The notes under the pieces: generated by a model
Databases searched by the model: none
What the model saw: only the letters and a program-made list of their open reading frames with translations
Told to the model about the DNA's origin: nothing
NCBI GenBank assembly: GCA_044892505.1
Contig: CM097883.1
Span: 351,726,001 to 351,790,000, forward strand
Reading direction: 5' to 3'
DNA length: 64,000 nucleotides
From: Schmidtea nova
Lineage: Eukaryota
Shown here: positions 1 to 13,120 of the stretch, piece by piece
Numbering within the stretch: position 1 is the stretch's first letter
How the letters are laid out: each line of letters opens with the position of its first letter
Translations under genes and position numbers: made by a program

Positions 1-84
1 AAGACTAGAATTGCAAAAAGATCACTTTTATCATTAGTTAACACAAAAATTCGAAATTTAATACGAAAAATAAAATATAAACAA

Positions 85-231
85 AATGATGATTTTTTTG
101 GTGCATTAATTCCAATAGTTTTATCGGCAATAAGTGCAATTTCATTATCAAATTATAAAGAAAGAAATATTGTCAAAGCAGTATCTGAGATTTCTGAACA
201 TAAGATAATTCATAAATTAATGAGTACATAA
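85..231 (+). pseudogene. Possible Polinton small core-protein-like fragment
   Basis: Translates NDDFFGALIPIVLSAISAIS..., resembling the GGFLGALIP motif of small Polinton proteins; lies just upstream of the integrase fragment. Confidence 0.3.
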
Positions 232-480
232 AATTCATTACCGGATAAACATAATTTAGATTTAAATATATTTCCATTTTGTTGTAATTTTGAGGCAAAC
301 ATCAATCAAAAAGGTGAAATTGTCCAAAAAGAAAAAAATATTAGAGAAAAATCTCAAATTAATATAAACAAATCCTAAAGATCTAGATGGTTTTGATGGT
401 GTGGTAAAATCTTCAAAAGGAGTGACTTCTTCAAAGGAAGAAACTGAAAAAGGTTATATGGTTAATTAGCATACAGTTTA

Positions 481-815
481 AATAAATTATTCTTGAAAGG
501 ATTTCCTACACGAAATTACAAAGCAATTGAAATCAATGATTTATGGGAAATAGATTTGATGGAAATGATTCCTTACTATAAAATAAATAAAGGATATAAA
601 TATATTTTGGTTGTTTTAAAAATTAAAAAGCCGATTAAGATATGATTAAAATTTTAATTAATTTATAAATAATATTTAAATGTAAGTAAAGAAATTTATG
701 ATAATATGATTTAAAAGGTTATTTCCTTATTATTTCTGTATTTTTTCAATACAAAGTGGCACATATAGAAAGATTTAATCGAATGAAAAATATTTTTATC
801 GTATCAAGTAAGTAA
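481..815 (+). pseudogene. Polinton/Maverick retroviral-like (c-)integrase remnant
   Basis: 481-645 reads FLKGFPTRNYKAIEINDLWEIDLMEMIPYYKINKGYKYILVV (cf. FPRR..V..IDDLWQADLVDM...N.GYKYIL); 748-815 reads QYKVAHIERFNRMK (cf. KASIVERFNRTLK); the middle is deleted. Confidence 0.75.
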
Positions 816-1024
816 ATTTGGATTAATTTTTGACCAAAAACTATTTTTAGTTACAAAATAAATCAAAACATTTAATAACAAGTATTTAATTTGATAAATT
901 TATTACCAAGTACTTAAAATGGATTAATTTTTTATCAAAAAATATAATTAATTTTTATCATCATAATTATTCTAAATTAATTTTGTTTTAATAATTTATT
1001 ATACGTTTAAAATTAAAATTAAAG

Positions 1025-1490
1025 TTTATTTTCTTTAATAAATTTTTCATGTTTTTATGTTTTAACCCTATTTTGTTCGCTATTCAATTCTCACTAGATT
1101 GGTATAAAAATTATTTGATTCTGACAATTTTCAAAATTTTAGAAATTGTGAGAGTCGACCATTTTTATGTGTAGAGTTTGGTTGGATAAGTTCAATTTTT
1201 CACGTTTTTACGTTTTTGACCTTTATTGGTTCGCCATTCAATTCTCAATAGATAAAAATTATTGAAAATTATTGAATTCTGAGCATTTTTTGATTTTTGG
1301 AAATTGTAAGAGACAACCGTTTTTACATGGAAATTTGGTCGTATTAGACAAAACTTTCATGTTTTTACTTTTTGATACTTTTTTTGTTCGTCATTCCATT
1401 CTTAGTAGATTGGTATAAAAATTTTCAATTCTGAGCATTTCTTGATTTTTTGAAATTGTGGGAGTCGACCGTTTTTACATGAAAACAAAT
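1025..1490. repeat. Degenerate tandem repeat, ~160 bp unit x3
   Basis: Recurring ttttgttcgc.attcaattct ... gaaattgt.agagtcgacc.ttttt blocks starting near 1025, 1196 and 1354. Confidence 0.7.
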
Positions 1491-2232
1491 TGTGAAAAAT
1501 AAAATAAAAATAAATAAATTATTTCGCAAAAATCGTTTTTACAAATTTTTGTGCCGTCCCTTCCCGATATACGTCTGTTAAATGTTTATGAAATTAATAC
1601 CAAATTCAGTTTTATTGCATTGTTAAAATTAATGCACACTTGATTGTTTATTTTTTTTTCTTTAGATATAAAAAATTTTATTGTCATTTACTGAAAAATA
1701 ATAAATTTATTTTAAAATAAAGTGTGAATAATATAAAATTTTTAGTTCTGTGCGGCACTTTCGTTTGTTTAGATGTTAGATTACTTTATGAAATACAATG
1801 GAATATAACGTGTTATAGTTTATAATAAAACTGATTAACACTCGAAAAATAGTTTGTGAGTTGGTGCTGTGACTCTGTTTTATGAAAAATGTTACAGAAT
1901 AGGTAAATGGCAAATAACAATATTGCATGTAAAGTTAGTCTATTATTTTTATAACCTATACTATTTTTCGGGTGTCAGTAGTGTTGTGTCTAGCTCTAAC
2001 GCCAAATTAAGCCTAGGGATTTATGATTTAGTTGCCAGTCAATGATTTCGATGCAACACCGATGGGAAAGTCGTAAATAAATGAAAATCATAGACTGGCA
2101 ACGGAGACGAGAGTGAAAAAAGGGTCAAGAAGAAGTTTTCGAAAAATGAATTAGGTATATGGAGCTTATATTAATGCATTAATAAGGGCTTCATATGCCT
2201 ACTTCATTTTCTACTGTTATACAGTTTATATA

Positions 2233-3406
2233 CAGTCGCCGCCAATAAATTAGCATCACCTTCAATAAAACCACTATCTTGGGAAATCGAACAAGTAAGA
2301 AGAAAAATATGGGTTATTTTTAAATGCAACCCATATGTCTACAAAGATGAATAATGCAACAGAGGCTTACAGTCAATACAGTCAATATTTTGATGGGAAA
2401 CCACGATTTTTCAGGATATCGGTGATTCCTCTTGGCATAGAAGCCGCAAGTTGTGCACAGTACTGTGGTGTAATGTCTGTGCTCCAGACTTGTTTTATTC
2501 TCTCTTTCAGTTAAGCGGCGCTCTTGGGACGATGAACAGCAACTTTTTTCTTAATGACATTCAAACAGTTCTCAATGATGTTGAGATCTGGTGAATTGTC
2601 AGGCCATTTTTGAAGGAGGGGAATGTTGTTGTCACAAAGCCACTTTTTCACAGATTTCGCAGTGTGGCACGGAGCACCAAACTGTGCAACCCAGAGCCGG
2701 CATGTAGACAGGCAAATGTTCCTGGAGAACATTGAGGTAAACATGGTGGTTGATCGTCGTATTCAATTCAATCGTGATCCAATTTGCATGCTGTTTACAG
2801 AACCGAATTATGTCCAGCAGATTCTTCTTAGACAGCAAGGGCTTCTTGGGTGCTTTATGACATGGCAGCCAATGATTAACTCGGAGCCTCCATTGAATAG
2901 TTCGAATTGATGGTACAACAGGTAGCTCGGCGACTTCTTCTTGAATCTGGCTTGTCGAGGCAAATAGATGACGAACAACCACCCTCATGATGACACTGTC
3001 AGTTCTGCCTGTTGTGCATTGAGGACGGCTACTTCCCTCTCTCCTGTAGTGTGATCCTGTTTCAGATTTCCTCTTCAGTACACGGCTAATGCAGCTTTGC
3101 GAGAGATGCATTCTGGCAGCAATCTGGCGTTGAGAGTAACCCTCCTGGACGAGAATCTCCACTTGAGCGGAGGTTTCTTATGAGCAATCCTTTCTCTTTC
3201 CCATAATACTGTGACAGAAAAGAAACACGGGCTTCACCAGTGTGACAAAGAAATAATGATAAGTCAATGGCCTCAACATTGTCACGAATTCTGCAACCAA
3301 TTAAAACACTTTTCATTCATGTCTGGACTTCCCAAAGTCTATTTTTAGAACATAATTGTATCTATGCGAAATTAACAGAATGATGCTAATTTATTGGCGG
3401 CGATGG
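2233..3406 (-). mobile_element. Tc1/mariner DNA transposon (defective)
   Basis: 26-bp TIRs cagtcgccgccaataaattagcatca (2233-2258) / tgatgctaatttattggcggcgatgg (3381-3406); TA on both flanks; internal transposase. Confidence 0.9.
2382..3162 (-). pseudogene. Tc1 transposase pseudogene (frameshift, stop, internal deletion)
   Basis: N-terminal HTH (GYSQRQIAARMHLSQSCISRVLKR); GAPCHTAK and WPDNSPDLNIIEN motifs; C-terminal SMPRGITDILKNRGFPSKY*; the region with the first catalytic Asp is missing. Confidence 0.88.
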
Positions 3407-4385
3407 TAAATGTATGTTTAGTGCATTATATGTATGATCTTATTTCAATACAATTAAAGTATAAAATTGTTTTTTTATTAGCGAGCCGGTTGTTAAGTCT
3501 TTGGCAACACACCCATGATGTAATGTATTATATAGCGAGTAAAATATCACATAACCTATTACATAATATGTAAAGTATTATATAATAAAGTACGTAACAC
3601 ATAAAGTGTTATATAATAACTACATTACGATTACATATTACATATAATAGTACTTAATAATTGCATAGGGATTACATAATTATTACGTTTTACATACAAT
3701 ATTACATAATGATTATATAATACATATAATACGGTGTACTACTGTATGATTCCTTTGGTGGGTTGTGGGTTCACTGTATAAATATTACACAATACATATA
3801 GTTTAGGGATAAATGGCTTGTGGTAGACCGCTCATCTTCCCCTATTTAGAAAAGTATTGATTGCAAAATCAACGCCATTCTCAATTTAAACTCCCTTACA
3901 TTTTACCAAAATTATTTATTGTCAGGTGTTGAATCTTTAATTGAAATATTATACGCAAAATTATTAGTTCAAAAAGTGCGTATTGAACCATCAGTTATAG
4001 CAGGACATCAAAAATTAAACTTAGTACAAAAAATGAGATTTATCTTATAAAAAGCAGGTAAGTTGTACAATTTTTATTTTCAATGGGTTCTTCGTCATTT
4101 TATAAGGAACAAATATTTGGTGATAGAGGATTACCAAACTTTATTTTTGTGGCATTTTAAGGAAATAAAAGACATAAGGGTGCATTCACAGAAACATATT
4201 CTAAATATGATAACTTTAATGTTAAATCCTTAACTTCATGAAAATGAAGTGATTTTCGTGAAAATAATTCTCAGGATTTTGAAAATTATAATTTTATTAT
4301 TAGTTATATACAATGTATTATCCGCAATTTGGTTAATTTAAACAAGAATATGTGAATCGAGCCAAGACCTCATCGAATAAACTTT

Positions 4386-4725
4386 TTATTTTATCACAAA
4401 CAATTCATCTGTAATATTGTCAAAGACATTACTATTTAACCATCGGGAAAACATTTTGTCCACACATTGCATTAACTTGTCAAGACCAAAATCAAAATCA
4501 TGATTGCCATAGACGGCCACATTGATATCAAATTCATTCAAGATTTCTGGCATGTGATCTCCTTGAATTATTGTACTAATCATGGACGGACTTGAAACAT
4601 CAGCAGAAAACAGCGTCAATGATTCACAATTCTTTCAAGATTCTCGAAGAGCAGTACAAAACCGAGCCATACCGGCTTTCGGCTCATTGAGATAACCTTC
4701 GACGTTGTAGACATCATTGAAGATT
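4386..4725 (-). pseudogene. 5'-nucleotidase / calcineurin-like metallophosphoesterase fragment
   Basis: One frame reads *IFNDVYNVEGYLNEPKAGMARFCTALRES*KNCESLTLFSADVSSPS...VAVYGNHDFDFG; FNDVY and GNHDFDFG motifs with in-frame stops. Confidence 0.8.
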
Positions 4726-5689
4726 CATTGGAAATTGTGCTGGAAATTACGTAAATGTCGTTTATTTTACAATTGAATTTGATTCTTTCAATACTTTCAT
4801 CTTTAATGACTACAGCTGTTACGATTGCTTTATGTGATAAATATTTCCTCCGTTGAATTACGCGCAAACCAAATGCAGACAAAGTTTCTAAACATTCAAC
4901 AGGATTTTCAGATGAACTGCAAGATGTGTTGAGAACCTCGAACACCGGTTCTCTATTCACTGATAACTTGGGATTGAAAGATACATCAGCATTTTTAGGA
5001 GATTGGCATTGACCATATGATAATATGTTTGCATTATTTTAAAAATTCGGCATTGTCTGATTTAATTTTAAAAAAACTTCCAGTTTAAAGATCACCTTTT
5101 CAACCCTCCGCAAAATTTTAAAAATCACAAAACTTGAATTTCCAAACTTCAATCGAAAAGATTCGATAAAACAAAACTGTCCCAGATTAATTAATTCGAG
5201 AATTTTCAACCAATCTATTCATCAAAAATTCGATTACAAACATTTTCCTCGCGTCTGTCTGTTAGAACCCATAACAACCAGTACAGCGCACACATACGCG
5301 AGTAGATCAGCAATAAAGCGCATACGGACGGGAGTAAAAAGGCAAAAAAGAAATGAGGCGCACACAGACGTAACCAAAATTACTAATAACAAGCACGTGC
5401 ACACGCATCAGCCGAAACAATATGAATTGCGGCATTTCGTTATAAGATTGGGAAGATAAATACCATTTTTCACCTTTGTTTTGGCTCCCGACTTTGATCT
5501 TAATCAAAGTCAATTACCTCAACAAAGTAATCTAAGACTTAAGATTAAAGTTGGATCACTACTTGACGAATCGGTATATGTACAGTAATTGTTTAAAATA
5601 GATTGATTAATTGAAAAAATATAAAAATAAATAGACGGAAGAAAGAAATTTAGTAATTTTGAATTTTAATTAATTTTAGTTCCATTAAG

Positions 5690-6019
5690 ATTAATTATAT
5701 TGCTAGAAAATTATTGGGATATGAATTTTTTGGAATTCATCCTCTAGATAAAATCCCTTATATTGATGTAAATAAAGCTTTGATTGTCATTACTCTATCA
5801 TCCAACCTTAATAACGAGCATTGGCTTGCAATTCATATGAAATTCGATAAAATTTATGTATTTAATCCAATATAATTCTATTACCCCACTCAATTATTAT
5901 TTAAATATCAATGGATGGTAATGTCAATAGATTATAATCGAATTCGATATCAAAATTTATTGACCAAAACATGCGGACAACATTGTTTAGTCTGGTTAAA
6001 AATTATAAAGAACTGCTGA
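5690..6019 (+). pseudogene. Polinton adenain-like cysteine protease remnant
   Basis: INYIARKLLGYEFFGIHPLDKIP...NNEHWLAIH...YVFNPI*...YNRIRYQNLLTKTCGQHCLVWL; His (EHW), Gln and Cys (CGQHC) motifs; stop at 5873. Confidence 0.78.
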
Positions 6020-6398
6020 TTATTTCATATTTATTATAATAATTTATTAAATAAATAATTTATAAAAGCTTTATGACTATATACTTTTGTGATTTTTACA
6101 ATACAAGTGATTTTATAAATATAAAAGAATGTTAACGAAAATTTCTTAAACCATTAAAATTGTTATTTTATGAACCATATTTATGTTCTATATGTGTATG
6201 TAGTGTCTTAGATTAAATTTTCAATTTTATAAATTAATTAATTATTAAATGGAGTAAAATAGATGTTGTTTTAATATTTACATATTTTCACTTTCATGCT
6301 AATCAAAAAAAAACAAAATGCAAGCTGTTAACAATGATTCGATATACCCATTCACCCAAGACATTCACAGTGACTCGTTTTCATCAAATGACAACAAT

Positions 6399-6521
6399 TA
6401 TCAGTTCTACTCTAGTGGAGATTGTGTAGTCGATATTCAAAGAAGAAGCAATTGCCAGTTCCGTAGATTGCAGAAATGTTTCGCTGCTGGAATGCGTAAA
6501 GAAGCTGTACAAACTGGAAGA
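6399..6521 (+). pseudogene. Nuclear receptor DNA-binding domain, second zinc finger + T-box fragment (NR2-like)
   Basis: YQFYSSGDCVVDIQRRSNCQFRRLQKCFAAGMRKEAVQTGR (cf. NR2F ...[23 protein letters not shown]); two zinc-ligand Cys replaced; first finger absent; lies within ORF 6318-6764. Confidence 0.75.
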
Positions 6522-7011
6522 TGCTTGTCAACAACTGGATCAATGTTAATATACTATCCAGACAAATCTGAAATAACTAACTCAAAAAATCTACAAATCA
6601 ATACATTGGATCACGATCAATCTCGATTAAAGGATTATTCGCCAGCACCAGAAATCAATCAATACGGACTGACATGGAGCTTGCTCATTTCAACTCTTGT
6701 TATCATCGGTCAAGATTTCCATTTGCCAAAAACCAAAAGATCAATTTCTATTTATAAAAACTAATTTGCTTTTAGTATTCCTACAGTGTATAATAAATTT
6801 TGTGTGAAATATATAAAATGAGATTTTAAAAAATTAATAATTAATTTTGAAAATATATTACGTAACAGTATTTTAGGTGTATTTTGTAATCTTAATCGTA
6901 AATTAAATATGGGATAAATTGCTTAAATATAATACACACTTTAATTTTTTAACACTTTAAAAATCAAAATTAGTGAGTGAATTATTTATTATTATTTTTA
7001 AATAATTTTAA

Positions 7012-7248
7012 CCCCTTTCTGCATGAATATTTTTTTTATATTTAAAAAAAAGCCGAATAGTAACCGTTACATTTAAAAAAAGTAGGGTCATTAGCGCCAC
7101 TTGACAGTTTTTGGTACTAAATTAGAATAAACAGGGTTGCAACTTAAGTATGATACCAGAAACAAAATAATATTTTTATGAAACAGAATATTTTTGAAAA
7201 GAATATTTTTTAATTATGTTCATATATGAACACTCATGCAGAAAGGGG
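7012..7248. mobile_element. piggyBac-type MITE
   Basis: 15-bp TIR cccctttctgcatga / tcatgcagaaagggg; left flank TTAA, right flank TTCA (degenerate TSD). Confidence 0.7.
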
Positions 7249-7977
7249 TTCAATAAATCAAATAAAAGCAATCAAGCAAACAAACATAATAAAATGGCAA
7301 CAAAAATATTATTCAAATGAAAATTAACTTAAAAATAACTAAATGCATATTACCTTAACTTTATATTACCTTTTTTTATAATTATAATAAACCAATAAAA
7401 AATTTTTAAAATAATAACATTAAAAGATAATTAATAATAATTTATCAAATCACAATTTCTTGATTCCAATTATTTTTTAAATTGGTTTGATTATACTATT
7501 TTCTTTTTTGAAACCTTTTTTGTGATTTATCGATATTCATAAATGTAAAATTGGCATTAAATTGAATATCGTTGTTGATTTCAACTAATAATTTTGAAAT
7601 TCTAATTCTATTAGTGTCTTTTATTTGACTAATTTGTATATTAAACAATGATTTCTTCAATGACACTGATTCCTATTATTTAAAGTTAAATATTATTGAT
7701 TGTAGAGACTAATAAAGTGAGAAAAATATCGACGAAACATAATCTGATTTCATAACTGAAATAACAAAACTGGAGTTAATAATAATATAAATTTTATTAA
7801 TTAAGAAATATATCCATGCTGTGATCCTCTTGTGCTGATTGAATTCCATGTTGATTTGCGTTTTGTTTTTCGAATTTGTGCCAATGCGTTTTTTGTTGAT
7901 TCTAAATTGTGCCAGTACCTTTGGTTATTCAAATCATTCTACTTTTGTATATACTATATATTTAATTTAATATATAT

Positions 7978-9336
7978 TGTTGGGTAGTATGGGTGTTGTT
8001 ATAAAAGCTAATAACGATTTCAAGGGGTTAATACAACCCATACCGCAACATAAATATCAATCAACCACACACCTGTACCCATAGTTATTCCTCAAATAAC
8101 TATGTTGGTACTGTACACGGTGGCGAAAATTTAGTGAGCAGATGAGCTCCGTTGCCGAAACTACTCCTCACTAAATTCTCTCTTTCGGGTCCTTACTGCC
8201 GATAGAAGGATCTACGCATCTGCTTTCTTTTCGGTCCTATCGCCTAATTACATCTCAATTATTCATTACTTTCAACTATCAACAAGCTACCTTTATTCAT
8301 TCTCAACTAATTCACCAAAACGATTAATACTCCTTGCAATCCCCTTTTCTTCCACCAAAATCTAGTTCAAGTAAGCCGCATCGCCCAACTTCATGAAGGA
8401 AGTCAGGACAAGAGGCCAATTATTGCCAATCAGGTCGCGAGACCATCAGGACGTGCCCTTATCAATTTTACCCCGCTGTTATGAGGGTTTACCCAAAATT
8501 TATCATAAAATGTATGATTCAAATATTTGTTGACTACCATACATATAACATGATTAAAAGACGATTTTCATTACAAATTACCATACACAAAACAAACCTA
8601 CTCACCTACGCGACTGGCTATCGAAATTGGATTTAATATTTGTGTTATCTCCAAATTAATTTACTTGAATTAATTCAACTGATTTTTTGCGTCTATTTAT
8701 ACTAAATATACTGACACCCACGCATTTCCCCATTATATTATGATTGAAACTCAATTTTTTTGTTTCAATAAACGATTATTTATTAATTTTTTTGTAAATT
8801 TTATTTTATAATTTTATTTATTTATTTCTAAACTATCTGTTTTTCTGTTTTTAATTCCGTTAACTAATGTGTGTAACCATTGTTTTTTGTATATTAATTG
8901 ATTGATTAAAACAATCAAATTTAATTCTATTTTTATTCCTACCTCTGTTATTTTTCCGATATTTCAATGGGGATTTTTACTATAATTTTCAATAAATTAT
9001 TTTCTTTAGACTGATGTCAATCTTATTTCTTGATCATACTTTGCTTTATTTTTATACAAGCAATGATCTTCCCCATTCAATTCTAATGAAGTCCCTCATG
9101 TGTAAATGTGACCTGCACTCAAATCGTGGGCTCTCTTTTGAGATGCCTCTTTTCTATCGTTTTCTATCGCCCTATCTCGACCGACTTATCGAATGCGGTT
9201 CGTATGATTACTATTGTACTTTACTGTTTTTATTTTCTTTTGCGTTAGTTTACTGCGTAATGCTTTATAGTGCGTTTTAAACTCGTTCCCTTTTGTATAT
9301 AAATTCACACAAAATTTATTTTCGATTTCACCAACC

Positions 9337-9341
<5 letters not shown>
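7978..9341 (-). mobile_element. Probable solo LTR (Gypsy family related to the 59011 LTR)
   Basis: Termini tgttgggt...acccaaca (8-bp inverted repeat, TG..CA); ATAT on both flanks; no coding content. Confidence 0.55.

Positions 9342-9393
<52 letters not shown>
9342..9393. repeat. (TA)n microsatellite
   Basis: Direct reading. Confidence 0.95.
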
Positions 9394-9395
<2 letters not shown>

Positions 9396-9899
9396 CGGAG
9401 GCACTACAAAAATTTAATTAATTTGAATGAATAATTCAATGGATATTTTAAGTATACATAGAATATTGTAGCCTCTTTGTTGTTTCCTTCAAGCATAATC
9501 TTGTTAAAATCTGAAATTTTTACAATAGTCAATAAATAATAGTAATAATATACATTAAAAACTAAAANNNNNNNNNNNNNNNNNNNNNNNNNNNNNNNNN
9601 NNNNNNNNNNNNNNNNNNNNNNNNNNNNNNNNNNNNNNNNNNNNNNNNNNNNNNNNNNNNNNNNNNNNNNNNNNNNNNNNNNNNNNNNNNNNNNNNNNNN
9701 NNNNNNNNNNNNNNNNNNNNNNNNNNNNNNNNNNNNNNNNNNNNNACCGACCATAAAGTTTTAATTTATTTTCTTTGCTTTCTTATAATCAGATGTTTAT
9801 TTTACGTTTTAGTAATTTTTAATTATTATTATTTTATTAATTTATCATAATTTTAAAATCAAATTTTATTGTCATTTACAGATATTTTGTATCCTAATT

Positions 9900-10695
9900 A
9901 TTGCAACAATTCCAAACATGTCAAAAATTATGAAAAATCATTATGGTCAAAAAGATATCCTTATTTACAATAAATCTTCTGTCGGCTAAATGTATTGATT
10001 CTTATCATTTTGTAAACAAATCTTTAGCATTATCAGTAATCGCTTTGACCACATTCCCATTAACTAAAAATGAATATAATGGTGGCTCATTAAATGATTT
10101 GAAGTGAATTTTTCCATATAGTTTTGCAACTATTTTGAAAGTTCTTGAGTCTACTTTAGCTTTGCCACCAATTTGGTATGATGTAACTAATGATAAATAT
10201 ATTAAAGCCCAAGATATTGAGTGAAATTAATTGCACAGTTTTACTTGACTATACGGTGATTTATTAAAAGTTATCTTTCTTCTTGCTGATTTTTTCCAAC
10301 AGTTTCATGCGAAATTCTTCGCACACAGCTGGCTAGAGATCTTGAATGTATATAGTCTTCCTAAAATGCTACAGGCTTCTATTCTCATGACATTAACTAA
10401 ACCAATTGAACTTCTTCAGTATATGTAGATATACAATACTTGAAAAAGGGAAATCTGCGATGGATTGACTTTTGTCAATAAACATTATGTTGTATCCACC
10501 GAAACGACTGAATTGTGCGGAACAATTTAAATGGATTCTTGATGATGTAAATACTATTTTGACATAATTTAGAAATAGTGATATTGACGCGCTTTCACAT
10601 GTCTATACTATAGAAGTTGAACTTGTTTTTCCTATAGGAGGGAACATACTATTTTTTGATGATTTTCCAGTAGCCCCTAAAAGTATGTCCACCTG
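9900..10695 (+). pseudogene. Polinton protein-primed DNA polymerase B remnant (copy 1)
   Basis: CIDSYHFVNKSL...IFPYSF...LPPIWY...FLLADFFQQF...PIELLQ...GLTFVNKHYV...IEVELVFP...DDFPVAPK; colinear with the 45-46 kb pPolB; multiple stops. Confidence 0.8.
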
Positions 10696-10725
10696 ATTCT
10701 AAATTTAATAATATTGTTTGCATAC

Positions 10726-11788
10726 TGTTGGATATTAATTAAATCAGATAATAATCATCATTATCTCTGACTCATCGTGCTCTATAAATCAGCACTAATA
10801 ATACTCCCACATGTATATTTATTAGAAATCAATACAATATTTTTACAGTTCAATGACAGAACGTCTCAATTATTTGATCGAGTTCCACTGTAAGATATCT
10901 TGACCTCGTGCGCTTTATAATAATAATCACCTTGTACACTGGTTTCCTCTTGATTGGACTCATTTTCTCTAATATTTTGGATTTTCTTAAATTTAACTCT
11001 TCAATTTCTCTTTACTATTTTATCTAAATATTTTCTTTAATTTAACAGCTTCACTAAACCTTTCTAGTTTGTCTAATTCTGTTTCCTTTAACCTAATCTC
11101 TGTTTCTTCTCCCTAACTGATGCAAAATTCCGATTGTTTTCAATTCTGAGTTTCATTATATACTAGAGTACTCATTTTGATTGATAAGGTTTTGGTCAAA
11201 TCTCCTCTGTCTGACAATGCGTTGACAATCGGTTTTCTTGAATATCGTCTGAGAGCTAAAAGTGATTGAATACACTCTCCTGTTACCCTTTAGTAAAAAA
11301 CAATTTTGTTTACTCCCTTTACTCATAATGTAGAGATAATGACCCTTCCGAAATCCACTTTATTTACTCTCCTTGTTTGCCAAGCTCGGGTTTTCTCCAT
11401 TTCTCGGGTTCTCCATTGGCTCGGCTTTCCCATTATCCAATTAATTAAATAATTAACGATTTTCTGTTTTTATGCATTGCATGCTTTTCAAACATTTCCT
11501 GACCGATTCCTAATCACCACGTTCTTCGCTATTAGTTAATCTAAACCTGTCCCGTTTTCTACATTCAATTTCAATAAATTAACTATCTATTCATTTTTTT
11601 CTCAAATCTTCTCATTTTGCATTTCGAATCTCACTGTACCCTTTCCTAACTCTGTTTTCATCATAATTTCCTTTGTCATCAGCTTTGCGCTTGATCACAC
11701 TTTTCTATCTATCTGTTTCATCCAATTTCCCTTTTAAAATTTCACTTAAAACTTTATTTAATATAATTTTAGTTTAGAGACCTCAACA
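10726..11788 (-). mobile_element. Solo LTR (Gypsy family related to the 59011 LTR)
   Basis: tgttgg...ctcaaca termini; 4-bp TSD ATAC (10722-10725 / 11789-11792); shares agagcacga.gagtcag and ggga(a/g)acccgag-like motifs with the 59011 LTR in reverse orientation. Confidence 0.72.
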
Positions 11789-12899
11789 ATACTAAAGATC
11801 ATATTAATATTAGGGTTGTGTCTAAACAAGCATGAAATAAAATAAAAAGCCCAAAACTATGTGCAAATCAATAAAAAAGTAATAATTAAAGTACAATATT
11901 AATAATAAATAAATATTTAACAGAGTCAGGCCCATAAACATTGCAGATATTACGCTCAAAATTAAAAGTATTAAAGAAAATTACCAAGCTTTAAAGAAAT
12001 TTGTCCTTTACATCTCTCTTGGGGCGCCAAGTAACTCAATATACCGTAGACTATTTTGCCATTTACTCTCAGCCTTTCTTTCTCTTATATTTATTTTTTG
12101 AAAATTAATTGAAAAGTCCCAAATCACTTACTCAATCCTTTTCTCGTGTTCCCAACTATCAAAGATTCGCCTGAAAATAGATGAAACAGTTTATCTAACA
12201 TTTTTTATAACTAGTGAGACAATCTCAGTTTTCCTTTGGGAGTTTTTGAAGAAACATAAATTGGGATTTCTCTGTGAAATGCTTCCTTGAAGATTGAAAA
12301 ATCTTCTTGGGAAGCAATTGACATAATTTCATGATCTCAAAACGCTTAATTTGACTTGCAGTATATAAGACTGTAAAAACTTTCTTTTCAGTTTTGAGTT
12401 TCAAATATATTTTGAGCTTTACTTAACATGTTTTATTTAAATACGATTTACTTATTGACATAAAATTATTTGTGTCAGAAAAATCGAAAATTTTGTACTC
12501 TTAGAGAAAAAACAAATGCTATTTTTGTTTGATTTGTTTGAGACAACAAAAAATGATTGGTCAACTAACTAATGAGCATTTGCATCAGTATTATTATTAA
12601 AATCTTTTATCCATTTCACCATTGGTCAATTCTGAATTTCATTCATTTTCATCTTCTTGACAAGAATCTATAGTATTTATTTTCATAATTTAAATTTAAA
12701 TGTAAATATTATTATTAATATANNNNNNNNNNNNNNNNNNNNNNNNNNNNNNNNNNNNNNNNNNNNNNNNNNNNNNNNNNNNNNNNNNNNNNNNNNNNNN
12801 NNNNNNNNNNNNNNNNNNNNNNNNNNNNNNNNNNNNNNNNNNNNNNNNNNNNNNNNNNNNNNNNNNNNNTTCTAATGCAATAATTTAGTGGTTGTATTT

Positions 12900-13120
12900 A
12901 TATTATTGTGGTTATATTATTGTAATTATATTTATATTATTATAATTATATTATTATAATTATATTATAATTATATAATTATATAATTATTATAATATTA
13001 TAATAATTATATTATTATAATAAAATTATATTATAATTATATTATAATTATATTATAATTATAATTATATTATAATTATATTATTATAATTATATAATTG
13101 TATTTATATTATTGTAATTC
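12900..13120. repeat. AT-only low-complexity (tattataat)-type repeat
   Basis: Direct reading. Confidence 0.85.

Noticed and set aside
11930-12450. Possible membrane-protein remnant on the minus strand
   Set aside because: Multiple stops and no recognisable motif
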